Under the pieces are notes generated by a model that had not been told where the DNA came from, did not search any database, and saw only the letters and a program-made list of their open reading frames with translations. The position numbers were made by a program, and so were the translations under genes. From NCBI GenBank assembly GCA_965216635.1, contig OZ244188.1, forward strand, positions 1,248,001 to 1,312,000: a DNA stretch of 64,000 bases, read 5' to 3'. Positions 28,974-39,055 of this stretch are shown here, piece after piece. Positions within the stretch are counted from its first letter, which is position 1. Every line of letters starts with the position of its first letter. The DNA comes from a bacterium (lineage in GTDB: Bacteria; SAR324; XYD2-FULL-50-16; G965216635).

Positions 28974-29738
28974 ATGAAAAAGATAATTGTATTGGTAGTG
29001 TGCGGCTTCCTATTTTTGAGTGGGAATAGCCTTTTTGCTCAAATTAATTTTGATGATTGTTTTGAAATAGAAAGACTCAAAGCAAAATCGGATGGTTTAG
29101 GTTCTGTAGAGTCAGCTGATCAAGCGAGTAAAGTTTGTAAGTTAAAGTTAGGAATCGAAAGCCAAGTAAATACAGCACAAACTCCTTCTGTTCAAAATAA
29201 TACTATAAATAAAACAGGGGGTTTTATTGGTATTTCTCCTCTTCATTCTGGTACATATACATCAGTAATCGAATCTACATATTCTTATACTTATGAATCT
29301 GCATATAGTTCATATAGTTCCGCCAGGACATCTAGTTCGACATCTACTAAAATTTTTGATAGCGGATTGGGATTAAAAGTGGGTTATAATTCTTCAAACT
29401 CGAGAATTTCCTATAATAATTACACTTGGAATATTGATGATGCTAAAATAAAAAACTCGCTTATTATATATGATTATGTAGCCGATTCTGGGTTTTATTA
29501 TGGAGTTGGTATTGGAAACGGAACTGTAGAAGCTGGTAGTTTTTCAGAATCTGGAATTGCTTTTGGCTTTAACCTAGGTTATGATTTTAATATTGACGAA
29601 TCATTTCAGATAGGTCTAGGTTATTTGATATCTAGTTTCGGCTATACTTTAGAGAATTCAACTAGGTATTCAACTTCTAAATCTGATGTTAATATTACGA
29701 CAGCTACTTTATTTTTAGCTTTAACCTATCGTTTCTAA
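28974..29738 (+). CDS. Outer-membrane beta-barrel protein (family B, copy 1)
   Basis: Signal peptide, Cys-pair N-domain, GLKVGY, FYYGVGIG, FGFNLGYDF, C-terminal LTYRF. Confidence 0.8.
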   Translation: MKKIIVLVVCGFLFLSGNSLFAQINFDDCFEIERLKAKSDGLGSVESADQASKVCKLKLGIESQVNTAQTPSVQNNTINKTGGFIGISPLHSGTYTSVIESTYSYTYESAYSSYSSARTSSSTSTKIFDSGLGLKVGYNSSNSRISYNNYTWNIDDAKIKNSLIIYDYVADSGFYYGVGIGNGTVEAGSFSESGIAFGFNLGYDFNIDESFQIGLGYLISSFGYTLENSTRYSTSKSDVNITTATLFLALTYRF

Positions 29739-29758
29739 AATAGTTTTTTATTCAATTT

Positions 29759-29789
29759 AAAGCCTCCAAAAATTTTTGGAGGCTTTTTT
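29759..29789 (+). terminator. Intrinsic terminator, copy 2 of 3
   Basis: AAAGCCTCCAAAAATTTTTGGAGGCTTTTTT. Confidence 0.8.
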
Positions 29790-30005
29790 ATTTGGGATTA
29801 TAAAAACAAACATAGAAAAAAAAATAGATTTTTATTTTGCTGAATTTTTAAAAAAAAATAAAAAATTTTGTCTAAATTATCCAAAAAAATAGATTTTTAA
29901 AATTTATTACTTGACTTTCTAGGTGTTTTATTTTAAGAGTATGTTTTTTAGCATATTAATTATGCTACTATCTGTATTACTATTTAACCTTATCTAAAAT
30001 AAATT

Positions 30006-30782
30006 ATGAAAAAGATAATTGTATCGGTAGTGTGCGGCTTCCTATTTTTGAGTGGGAATAGCCTTTTTGCTCAAAGTAATTTTGATGATTGTTTTGAGAT
30101 TGAAAGACTCAAAGCAAAGTCGGATGGTTTAGGTGCTGTAGAAGCGGCTGAACAAGCGAGTAAAGTTTGTAAAGCAAAGTTAGGCGGAACTCAAAACCAA
30201 GGAAATATCACAAAAACCTCTACTTCTCAAGCTAATACCAAAAAAGATGGTGGTTTTTTTGTTGGAGTAATGCCTTATTTTTCTGGGAGTCTGAGAGTGG
30301 CTAATGAAGAAAAACCTAGAGATACAAGTATTAATTGTGTAGATTGTTCTAAAAGTTCAGCTACCGAAAATACAGATTCTGGATTTGGCTATAGAGTAGG
30401 ATTGCAAAGAAACAAACATCAGATAGGTCTAGAATCTTATACATGGAAAGTTGAAAGTTTAGAAGTTTCCAATCTACTCATTGGATATGATTATGTATAT
30501 TCTTCTGGTTTTCTTGTTGGTATAGGACTTGGAAATGGACAGGTGAAAAATGGAGAAAGCGGTGTTGCTTTTAAGTTTGGATTTGGATATCAAGGAAATA
30601 TTACGGATATATTTAGATATTCTATAAATTATCAATATTCATCCTTTTCTTATGATGTAGGTTCACGAACAACTACCTTATGTCAAGTAAGCTATCCTTA
30701 TAGTTGTCGTGATGTTACTTTAGATGAAGAGGTAACTATAGGAATTAGTGGTTTTAGCGTTAATTTAATAGCAACTTTTTAA
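30006..30782 (+). CDS. Outer-membrane beta-barrel protein (family B, copy 2)
   Basis: First about 58 aa near-identical to 28974 ORF; barrel divergent; C-terminal Phe. Confidence 0.8.
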   Translation: MKKIIVSVVCGFLFLSGNSLFAQSNFDDCFEIERLKAKSDGLGAVEAAEQASKVCKAKLGGTQNQGNITKTSTSQANTKKDGGFFVGVMPYFSGSLRVANEEKPRDTSINCVDCSKSSATENTDSGFGYRVGLQRNKHQIGLESYTWKVESLEVSNLLIGYDYVYSSGFLVGIGLGNGQVKNGESGVAFKFGFGYQGNITDIFRYSINYQYSSFSYDVGSRTTTLCQVSYPYSCRDVTLDEEVTIGISGFSVNLIATF

Positions 30783-30795
30783 TGAGAATTATAAG

Positions 30796-30824
30796 AGCCT
30801 CCAAAAAATTTTGGAGGCTTTTTT
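30796..30824 (+). terminator. Intrinsic terminator, copy 3 of 3
   Basis: AGCCTCCAAAAAATTTTGGAGGCTTTTTT. Confidence 0.8.
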
Positions 30825-30936
30825 GTTTAGAATTATAAAGACAGACATTGAAAAAAGTTATTTTCACTTTAAACTAACTCTTTTTAAAGATAACTCTTTT
30901 CCAAGATAACTTAGTATAAAAATTAAAATAAGTACA

Positions 30937-31176
30937 ATGATAGCCGAAGTCTATGACGCATTCATTCAAGCTAAGTGTCCTAAAGAAGTAGCTGAAAAAG
31001 CAGCTATTGCATTAAGTACAGAGACTAAAAGAGAATCAGATACAATAAGAATAGATATTCAACGAATAGAACTTAAAGTAGATAAACTGGATAAAGAACT
31101 AGCTGTTTTAAAATGGATGGTAGGTGGAATAGGAGCAGTGTGTGTTACAATTTTAGTAAAACTGCTAATAGGATAG
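30937..31176 (+). CDS. Small coiled-coil, C-terminally anchored protein (DUF1640/CCDC90-like)
   Basis: EVYDAF...AEKAA, heptads, LKWMVG plus TM. Confidence 0.7.
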   Translation: MIAEVYDAFIQAKCPKEVAEKAAIALSTETKRESDTIRIDIQRIELKVDKLDKELAVLKWMVGGIGAVCVTILVKLLIG

Positions 31177-31461
31177 ACTTTTGAATTTGCCAAATAGGAC
31201 AAAACTAGCTGTTTAGCCAAAACAAGCTTATTGCTTGACGCTTTTTATGGACTATTTGTGAAACTGCCAAAGGGCTGTTTCACAGTTCATTCTTGCTTAA
31301 TGCAAGGTTTATAGTGCCCTGATCCCATTATTGTGGCACTACGCCATTAAAAAAAAATTTTAACTCTTGAAATACTTGAGTATTCCTGCGAGCTAAAAAA
31401 TTTTTTTGCACCTGTTCTAACCATTTGGCTAGCCGTCACATCAGCGAAATTCAAAGGTCTA
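31174..31461. mobile_element. MITE copy (288 bp), TSD TAGGA
   Basis: TAGACTTTTGAATTTG...AAATTCAAAGGTCTA with TAGGA both sides; near-identical reverse complement of 38716-39003. Confidence 0.95.
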
Positions 31462-31527
31462 TAGGATAGCGTATCTTAAATTTTTTTCAAAGACTGTTTG
31501 GTTTTTAACATTAGCTAATTTAGTCCA

Positions 31528-33324
31528 TTAAGGAGCATCATCTACCCAGCGTCCTTCTTCCTTAATTAGTTCAATCAATTTTTCTACAGCTTGCGTTTCA
31601 GGAACGCTGCGTTGGATTCTTTTGTGTCCTAGATACAAATCTACTTTCCCAGTAGCAGAGCCTACATAACCAAAATCTGCATCAGCCATCTCGCCTGGTC
31701 CATTAACCATACAACCCATCACTCCTATTTTTACTCCTTTCAAGTGATCCGTTTTTTCTTTCACTTTTTCCGTTACCTCTTGCAGGTTGAAAAGAGTCCT
31801 GCCGCAAGAAGGGCAAGCAATATACTCTGTTCGTGAAATTTTTGTTTTAGTAGCCTGCAAAAGATAAGAAATTCTTGTGAGTTGTGTGGCTGTAGTTTCA
31901 GAGTGCAGTAATAAAAAATCCAATAAACCTTCTCCCAATAAACAAGCAAATTCTATCTCTAAAGAGAAATCCACAGAAGTATTTTTTGCAGGCAGAAAAA
32001 CTCCAGCGGGTAGAGATAATTTTTTATGTTGCTGATAAATATAACGAATATCTCGCACAGGATTATCAAAATCAAAAAGAATAGCAGCATAGTCTTTTGG
32101 GTTGGAAAATTTTTGGTTGGCATCTTGCCAAACAAAAAGAGGCTTATCTTCATTTTCTAAAAAAAACTGCCCTTTTTTAATTTGGTAGTTAAAATCTACT
32201 TCAAAAAAATCTTTTTTAGGAATTTTCAAATCCTGCGGTATTCCTACTTTTACATTGCTCGCAGCTGCTAAACGGAGTTTTTTATTGTTTAGAGTAAGAG
32301 GTGTATTTTCTACACGGTAGCTCTCCAGTTTTGCCTGATAAAATTTAACTGGGTAAAATTTGACTGGATAAAATTTTACTTGATTGCCGGTCTGCCCGCT
32401 AGGCAGACCAGTGGCTGGTTTTTTCTGTTTGTTTTTTTTGTAATCTTCAAAATAGTTCAAAAATTTTCGGGCAAATAGAATTTCATTCACACTATCTTCG
32501 GTCAGAGAAACCCGAATCGTATCTCCTAATCCGTCTAAAAGTAGTGGGGCAATACCGACAATACTCTTGCTTCTACCAGCGGTATTATCTCCAGCCTCGG
32601 TTACTCCCAAATGCAGAGGTAGAGGTAAATTTTTTGGCAGTCTTTGACAAAACAGGCGGTAAGCCTTCTGGACTACAAGGGGATTAGAAGATTTTAGGGA
32701 GACGATTATATTTTCAAAACTTGCCTCTTGAAAAAGAGACACTGCTTCTAGTGCCGATTCTACCATACCTAAAGGAGAATCTCCATAAGCTTGTAGCATT
32801 CTGGAAGACAAAGAGCCTTGATTGACACCTATTCTTAAAGCTAAATTTTTTTGTTTCAGTTTTTGAGATAATGGGGCAATTCTTGCGCGAAACCTTTCTT
32901 TTCCTTCTTGCATATCAAAAGCAAGTTGTGAGCGAGCCGAAGAATTTTTAGCTCTATCGGAAAAATTACCGGGGTTGATGCGAATTTTTTCAAAAAATTC
33001 GCAAGCATCTAACGCAAGATGAGGAGCAAAATGAATATCTGCTATTAAAGGTACCGCAATACCTTCTTCTTCCATTAAACGGCGAATTTCAGGCATCCCT
33101 TCTAAATCTCTTTTAGCTGGAATTGCCAAACGAATAAGCTGGCAACCGACAGCGATAAGTTGCTTCATTTCTTTAAGACAAGCTTCAGGCTGAAAAGTAT
33201 GAGAGGTAAGCATAGACTGTAGCACTATAGGGTGCTTGCTGCCGACGGCAAGTGAGCCTATTTTTACAGTGGTTGTTTGTCTTCTCTTATATTCAAGAGG
33301 ATAGGAAATTAGAATATTAGACAC
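31528..33324 (-). CDS. ispG: HMBPP synthase IspG, long three-domain form
   Basis: PLIADIHF, RINPGN, LHLGVTEAG, GDTIRVSLT, CPSCGRT, GCMVNGPGE. Confidence 0.96.
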   Translation of the reverse strand: MSNILISYPLEYKRRQTTTVKIGSLAVGSKHPIVLQSMLTSHTFQPEACLKEMKQLIAVGCQLIRLAIPAKRDLEGMPEIRRLMEEEGIAVPLIADIHFAPHLALDACEFFEKIRINPGNFSDRAKNSSARSQLAFDMQEGKERFRARIAPLSQKLKQKNLALRIGVNQGSLSSRMLQAYGDSPLGMVESALEAVSLFQEASFENIIVSLKSSNPLVVQKAYRLFCQRLPKNLPLPLHLGVTEAGDNTAGRSKSIVGIAPLLLDGLGDTIRVSLTEDSVNEILFARKFLNYFEDYKKNKQKKPATGLPSGQTGNQVKFYPVKFYPVKFYQAKLESYRVENTPLTLNNKKLRLAAASNVKVGIPQDLKIPKKDFFEVDFNYQIKKGQFFLENEDKPLFVWQDANQKFSNPKDYAAILFDFDNPVRDIRYIYQQHKKLSLPAGVFLPAKNTSVDFSLEIEFACLLGEGLLDFLLLHSETTATQLTRISYLLQATKTKISRTEYIACPSCGRTLFNLQEVTEKVKEKTDHLKGVKIGVMGCMVNGPGEMADADFGYVGSATGKVDLYLGHKRIQRSVPETQAVEKLIELIKEEGRWVDDAP

Positions 33325-33370
33325 GGTAGGATGTTTTTTTGTTGGTTTTTTTCTATTGGGAGAAGGAGGT

Positions 33371-34507
33371 CTATTGAACGATTTTTCTTCTAAATAGATA
33401 AAAAGCCAAACCTATAGTTATCAAAGGCAAAGTCAAAATCCACCAAGCCGAAATACTTCCTACTAAGGCGGAGGTTTCCAGTTGAGACACTCCTAAATAA
33501 TAAGCAGTATAAATTACCATAAATTTAAGATAGATAAAGCGGCTAGGAAATCTTGGATGAAAAAAACCTAAGAATACCCCCATTAAAGGCAGACTGAGAT
33601 TGTGCAAACTGCGACTAATTAAAATAAGAGAACGAATAAAATAATAACGTCTATCTTCTAAATCACCACTAGCCGATTTTTTGAAAAAACCAGATCTTTG
33701 GATTAATTCCCAAAGAGTAAGTTGAGTATATCCTTTATCTTCTGCTTTTTTCTTTAGAACCCGATTGCTGATATTTTCTAACTGGATGGATTTTCCCAAA
33801 GAAATAGGATAATTCAATTCTTTAAAATGAACGATTTGTTTATCTTTTTCTCCCTTCTGCGGCAAGGTGACAATTCTACCATCCTTCAAAAAAAAAGAAA
33901 TAATATTATTAGAAATAGAGCTTTGAAACTCTCCTTCTGCAGCAGAAATAATACTCCCTTGTAAAGGATCATTGCGATTCATCAATAACAAATTGTAGAG
34001 TTTATCTTCCTCTTTTTTTTTAAAATAGAAAACAAAATCTCCTATGGGATTGAGTTGATTTTCTAAAAATTTAAAATTACCTTGGTGAATAATCTTTGCT
34101 TTCAATTTTTCACTTTGATCAAAAAAAACTGGACGAATCCAAGCTAGGATTAAAAATCCAATAGCAAATAATGCCAATCCAAACCGAAACACTGTTTTAA
34201 AAATAAGATTGGCAGAGATGCCCTGAACTATAATTGCGATTAACTCAAAGTTTTTAGACAACCTGCTTAAAGCTATAATTACTGCTAAAGTGCCACAAAA
34301 ACTAAAAAGACTCTCTAGGTGAAACGGTAGAGAAAAAAATACGAGTTTGAGTAACGAGCCTAGCGATATTTCAAAAAACTTAAAATAGCTCAAAAATCCT
34401 ATGGTTTGATTGATAAGCAAAAAAAATACAAACAAGGATAGGATAAGAGGTAAGGTAAATTCTATTCTAGATAAAATATAACTTTCTAATTTACTAGTTC
34501 TTATCAT
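33371..34507 (-). CDS. LptF/LptG family permease
   Basis: 3TM-periplasmic-3TM; LSRLSKNFELIA...GIS motif. Confidence 0.8.
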   Translation of the reverse strand: MIRTSKLESYILSRIEFTLPLILSLFVFFLLINQTIGFLSYFKFFEISLGSLLKLVFFSLPFHLESLFSFCGTLAVIIALSRLSKNFELIAIIVQGISANLIFKTVFRFGLALFAIGFLILAWIRPVFFDQSEKLKAKIIHQGNFKFLENQLNPIGDFVFYFKKKEEDKLYNLLLMNRNDPLQGSIISAAEGEFQSSISNNIISFFLKDGRIVTLPQKGEKDKQIVHFKELNYPISLGKSIQLENISNRVLKKKAEDKGYTQLTLWELIQRSGFFKKSASGDLEDRRYYFIRSLILISRSLHNLSLPLMGVFLGFFHPRFPSRFIYLKFMVIYTAYYLGVSQLETSALVGSISAWWILTLPLITIGLAFYLFRRKIVQ

Positions 34508-34513
34508 GTTATG

Positions 34514-35977
34514 CTATAGGGCTGGTTGTTTGAGCCAAACTTGAAATTTACGAATTTTCTTACCGTTCAGAACAGCTTCGACGTCTCCTAGGTATTCCCA
34601 TTTTTGTGGGAAAATTTTTTTTATTTTTTCTACATCATCCAAGGCGTAGTCTCGAATAAAAACTAAAGCTCTAGAATGAGTAATTTGCTCTTTGGAGACC
34701 AATTCTCGTTCTTCTCTTTGAGTCACATAATAATCAGGGTAACCCGAAAGATAAAAAGCTAAAGCACCTCCTGTTTGGTAGTGTTTGGTAATGATATATT
34801 CTGGTAAAGATTTTGCGTTTTCGTGTAATAAGTTTTCTGATTGTAATGCTACCATCCGCCAGCCATTGGCATCATTAAATCTTTCGGCTAATCTTTCAGA
34901 AACAAAAGAAAATTGATATTTTTGAAAGAGCAAGAAAAAAACCATCATCAAAAAGAGAACAAGATGTGATAAACTAATGCAAGCAATGGGGAGAAAAAAT
35001 TTTGACTTTTGAAGTAAATAATAAAAGTAACTTGCAAGAAAAATATAGAGTGAAATATAGGCACCATTGAGCCAGTTAGGATCTGCTAGTTTTCCTTGCA
35101 AGGAACTATAACTGAAAAAGAAAATTGGCACAAGACTATGCACTAATAAAAACCGAAATTTACTCTTTTCAAATAACTCTTTAAAACGACCCCTCAATAA
35201 AAAATACCACACAGGCAAAGACAGAAAAAGAGAATAAAAAAGTAGATGGCTAATTTGTAACTGTAATAAATTATTCCAATTCCATCTTTGCTCAAAGCCT
35301 TTCTCTAAAACAAACCGAAAAGAAACCCAATCTCTTTGATAATTCCAATAAAGGATAGAGCTAAAAGTTAAAATTGCAATCAATCCAGCTCCCCAAAGAT
35401 AAGGATTTCCAAAAAGTGGTCGGTATTTTTTATCCCAAAGTAGCCAGAAAAAAAACGCAATACAAAAAAGCACTATAATATATTTAGACATAGCTCCCAA
35501 GCCTACAAAAACTCCTAATAATAACAACCATTTTTTATTTTGGGTGTTAATATATTTCCCCACTGTCCAGAGACATAAAAACCAAAAAAAATTATACGGC
35601 TGTTCAATAGTCCAAAACTGGCTTAAAACAGAGTAGTAAAAAGTGCTGTGTAAAATAAGTAAAAAAAGTAAAGCCGATTGCCGATTTAAAAATTCTTTTG
35701 CTGCTAGATAAGCAGCAAATAAAACCAGCATAGAACTTAATACCCCTCCTAACTTAATGGCAAGGATATCACTGGGGATAAAAAAACTCATAGCCTTCAT
35801 CCAGTAGACAATCATAGGAGGATTGCTTACATAACCCAGATCAAGATGTTGAGACCACCCCCAGTGATCTAAAGAATCTGGGTGAATATTATTCAATAAA
35901 GATACAGAAAACCAAATAATAAAATAGCTAATAAAAAAAATGATGAGCCAACGATGAGTTTGTAGATTTGAAAACAT
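34514..35977 (-). CDS. GT-C glycosyltransferase (ArnT/GT39-like)
   Basis: HPD...WSQHLDLGYVSNPPM, GLGAMSKY, WNYQRDWVSF. Confidence 0.85.
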   Translation of the reverse strand: MFSNLQTHRWLIIFFISYFIIWFSVSLLNNIHPDSLDHWGWSQHLDLGYVSNPPMIVYWMKAMSFFIPSDILAIKLGGVLSSMLVLFAAYLAAKEFLNRQSALLFLLILHSTFYYSVLSQFWTIEQPYNFFWFLCLWTVGKYINTQNKKWLLLLGVFVGLGAMSKYIIVLFCIAFFFWLLWDKKYRPLFGNPYLWGAGLIAILTFSSILYWNYQRDWVSFRFVLEKGFEQRWNWNNLLQLQISHLLFYSLFLSLPVWYFLLRGRFKELFEKSKFRFLLVHSLVPIFFFSYSSLQGKLADPNWLNGAYISLYIFLASYFYYLLQKSKFFLPIACISLSHLVLFLMMVFFLLFQKYQFSFVSERLAERFNDANGWRMVALQSENLLHENAKSLPEYIITKHYQTGGALAFYLSGYPDYYVTQREERELVSKEQITHSRALVFIRDYALDDVEKIKKIFPQKWEYLGDVEAVLNGKKIRKFQVWLKQPAL

Positions 35978-36005
35978 TTGATAAAAAAAATAAATACCAA
36001 TACAA

Positions 36006-36174
36006 TAGACTTTTGAATTTGCTTGTCTAGTTTAGCCTATGCAGCGTTGAAAAAATTTTTTAACTCTTGCCATTTGTGAAGAAATGCTCTTCAGTATTCC
36101 TACGAGCTAAAAAATTTTTCGCACCTGTTCTAACCATTTGGCTAGCCGTCACATCAGCGAAATTCAAAGGTCTA
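36006..36174. mobile_element. MITE copy (169 bp), TSD TACAA
   Basis: TIRs intact with TACAA on both sides. Confidence 0.95.
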
Positions 36175-36192
36175 TACAAGTCTAGATTGATT

Positions 36193-37008
36193 TTAATGCT
36201 TTTGACAAGAAGGACAATAATAGGTACTCCTCTGTCTTTGTTTTATTTTTTGGATGGTGGCATAGCAACGAAAACAAGGAGCATCTTTTTTGCCATAGAC
36301 TTTCAAAAAATTTTGAAATTCCCCCATTTTATTATCTACTCTGCGATAATCCGAAATACTTGTGCCGTTTTTTTCTATGGCAAGCTGCAAAATAGAGACG
36401 ATGCTTTGCAAAATTTTTTTTGCTTCTTTTTTGCTTATTTCGTTGCAAAATTTTAAAGGATTTACTTTACAGTTAAAAAGAATCTCACTTGCATAAATAT
36501 TGCCAATTCCAGCTATTTGGCTTTGATCTAGTAAAAAATCCTTTATAGAAAATTTTTTTTGTTTTAATTTGCAGTAAAGATATTCTTCTGTCCACCCAGA
36601 ATCTAAAGCATCTAAACCTAATTTTTTTTGTTTTGCTATAGAAGTATCTTTTTCTAAGAGTTCCATAGTTCCAAAACAACGAACATCATTATAGACAAGA
36701 CAAGTTTCATCTGGAAATTCAAAAAACACCCTATCGTGAAAAGCAGGCTCTTTTTGTGCGGGATAGATAAATTTTCCACTCATTCTCAAATGCACAACCC
36801 AAAGGTATGGATTTTCTAGCTCAAAAATAATATATTTTCCATAACGAGAAACTTTTTGGATTTTTTTTTGAAGCAAAATTTGAGAAAATTTTTTTTGCGA
36901 AAGTTGTAAAATATTTTTTCTTAAAACCCTTATTTTAGATATTTTTTTACCGCTAATCTTTTTATCTAAACTGCGAACAATAGATTCTACTTCTGGTAAT
37001 TCTGGCAT
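36193..37008 (-). CDS. mutM: Formamidopyrimidine-DNA glycosylase
   Basis: MPELPEVE, HLRMSG, GIGNIYASE, C-terminal Zn finger. Confidence 0.98.
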   Translation of the reverse strand: MPELPEVESIVRSLDKKISGKKISKIRVLRKNILQLSQKKFSQILLQKKIQKVSRYGKYIIFELENPYLWVVHLRMSGKFIYPAQKEPAFHDRVFFEFPDETCLVYNDVRCFGTMELLEKDTSIAKQKKLGLDALDSGWTEEYLYCKLKQKKFSIKDFLLDQSQIAGIGNIYASEILFNCKVNPLKFCNEISKKEAKKILQSIVSILQLAIEKNGTSISDYRRVDNKMGEFQNFLKVYGKKDAPCFRCYATIQKIKQRQRSTYYCPSCQKH

Positions 37009-37021
37009 GAGATAAAGAAAA

Positions 37022-37864
37022 TTAAGGTAAAGGAATAGTCTTATTTGTTTTGTGTTTTTTGAGATAATTCTCTAATAGACGGATTAGCAAAGACAAACTA
37101 ATAGTAATTGTTAAATAAAGAAAAGCGACAATATTATAGGTTTCAAAAAAAAGAAAACTAGAAGCAGAATAAACCTTACCCAATTGTGTAATATCCTGTA
37201 CTCCTAGTGCTGAAACTAACGCGGAATCCTTTACCATAGCTACAAAATCATTCCCTAAAGGAGGCAATACATTGCGGAAGGCTTGTGGAAAAATAATTAA
37301 CCTCATCGTCTGTCTGCGAGTTAACCCCAAAGATTGACCTGCCTCGCTTTGCCCTTTTGCAATAGATTCAATTCCAGCTCTAAAGATTTCAGCAATAAAA
37401 GCACTATAACCAATGCTTAAAGCTAAAATGGCTCTCAAGGTAAAGTTAATACTTCTAACACTAAAAGGTGTCAATAATTCCAAACGGACAAAAGGAATAA
37501 TGAACCAGTTGAGTAGACGAACAAGTTCCGGAGCACCAACAAAAGCAATGTAATAAAGCAGCACCAACATAGGAATGCCGCGAATGATTTCTACATAAAA
37601 AGTAGAAATTTGATACAAAAATAGATTTTTAGAAATTCTACAAAAAGAAACCAGTAATCCTACTAGAAAAGCAAAGCTAAAAGATAGAACAGCCACATAA
37701 AGTGTAACTCCTACTCCGCTAAAAATAGCAAAAAAAATCTGCTGGTAATCCCCGTCCTTGGCTACTCCCCAGAGCAATAAAACACAAACCAATAGAATAA
37801 AGAGTAACCAATAGGGGAAAGGAGAAAAATGCAAAAAATCCTTTTTACTTGTTCTTGTAGTCAA
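37022..37864 (-). CDS. Polar amino acid ABC transporter permease
   Basis: [27 protein letters not shown]. Confidence 0.93.
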   Translation of the reverse strand: MTTRTSKKDFLHFSPFPYWLLFILLVCVLLLWGVAKDGDYQQIFFAIFSGVGVTLYVAVLSFSFAFLVGLLVSFCRISKNLFLYQISTFYVEIIRGIPMLVLLYYIAFVGAPELVRLLNWFIIPFVRLELLTPFSVRSINFTLRAILALSIGYSAFIAEIFRAGIESIAKGQSEAGQSLGLTRRQTMRLIIFPQAFRNVLPPLGNDFVAMVKDSALVSALGVQDITQLGKVYSASSFLFFETYNIVAFLYLTITISLSLLIRLLENYLKKHKTNKTIPLP

Positions 37865-38687
37865 AGAACCATTTTTTGTTTAGTTTATCAATAAAGCCAT
37901 CTTTTTTCATAGAAGCCAAAGCTTCATTGAAAAACTTTACTAAATCAGAATTTGGAGGAAAGATAAAACCCAAGTGTTCTGTTCCTAAAGCACCTCCTAT
38001 ATTTTTAAAACTACCGGGATTTGCTCCAATATAACCTTTGCTAGAAATGGCATCCATCAAGGTCATATCTATATCTCCAGCTTTTAAAGCTTGCACAACA
38101 GCACCAAAATTTTCAAATAATTTGATACGTTTATTTTTTTCATTTCCATCCAAGACATTATAAACAGCTACATAAAAATTGGTTGTTCCAGCTTGAGCAC
38201 CAATGAGTAATTTTTTATCAGCTTTAAATTCAGCTGAGTTAGAAAATCTATTTTCATTCTTCCGCACTAGCATAAACTGCTGTGATACAAGGTAAGGAGC
38301 AGAAAAAGCTACTTGTTTTTTTCTTTCCTCTGTAATTGTTATTCCATCCATACCTACATCAAATTGCCCATTGCGAACTGCAGAAATCATAGTGTCCCAG
38401 CTAGTTATTTTCCATTTTACTTTAAGATTCAACCGTCTTGCAATTTCATTTACAGCATCGTATTCCCAGCCAATTCCTTTTCCTGTTTTTGGATCCACAA
38501 AATTCAGTGGAGTGTAAGCATTTTCTGTTACAGCTACAATTTCTCTTCCCTTTAAATTAGGAAGATTAGCATAGATAGAAGCTGTAAAGACGCAAAAAAC
38601 ACTAAAGAAAACAAGAATATTTTTCATATATTTCATGATTTTTTTAATAAAGTTGTTAAAATAATAAAAACTGAAATTATTACACAA
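37845..38687 (-). CDS. Amino acid ABC transporter substrate-binding protein
   Basis: [25 protein letters not shown]; real start probably 38636 or 38627. Confidence 0.92.
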   Translation of the reverse strand: MCNNFSFYYFNNFIKKIMKYMKNILVFFSVFCVFTASIYANLPNLKGREIVAVTENAYTPLNFVDPKTGKGIGWEYDAVNEIARRLNLKVKWKITSWDTMISAVRNGQFDVGMDGITITEERKKQVAFSAPYLVSQQFMLVRKNENRFSNSAEFKADKKLLIGAQAGTTNFYVAVYNVLDGNEKNKRIKLFENFGAVVQALKAGDIDMTLMDAISSKGYIGANPGSFKNIGGALGTEHLGFIFPPNSDLVKFFNEALASMKKDGFIDKLNKKWFFDYKNK

Positions 38688-38715
38688 TTTTGTCGTACAA
38701 TAATTTCAAACTTGA

Positions 38716-39003
38716 TAGACCTTTGAACTTCGCTGATGTGACGGCTAGCCAAATGGCTAGAACAGGTGCAAAAAAAATTTTTAGCTCGCAGGAATACTCA
38801 AGTATTTCAAGAGTTAAAAATTTTTTTTAATGGCGTAGTGCCACAATAATGGGATCAGGGCACTATAAACCTTGCATTAAGCAAGAATGAACTGTGAAAC
38901 AGCCCTTTGGCTGTTTCACAAATAGTCCATAAAAAGCGTCAAGCAATAAGCTTGTTTTGGCTAAACAGCTAGTTTTGTCCTATTTGGCAAATTCAAAAGT
39001 CTA
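38716..39003. mobile_element. MITE copy (288 bp), near-TSD CTTGA/TTTGA
   Basis: TAGACCTTTGAACTT...GCAAATTCAAAAGTCTA. Confidence 0.95.
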
Positions 39004-39055
39004 TTTGATTATAAAAAAATAAACAAATTATAGCAACAAAAATTTATAGCATAAA

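Noticed and set aside
27750..31176. Integron cassette array
   Set aside because: Repeated hairpins lack RYYYAAC/GTTRRRY attC ends, look like intrinsic terminators, and no intI gene is present.
36067..36456. 129-aa plus-strand ORF
   Set aside because: Starts inside a MITE and runs antisense to mutM.
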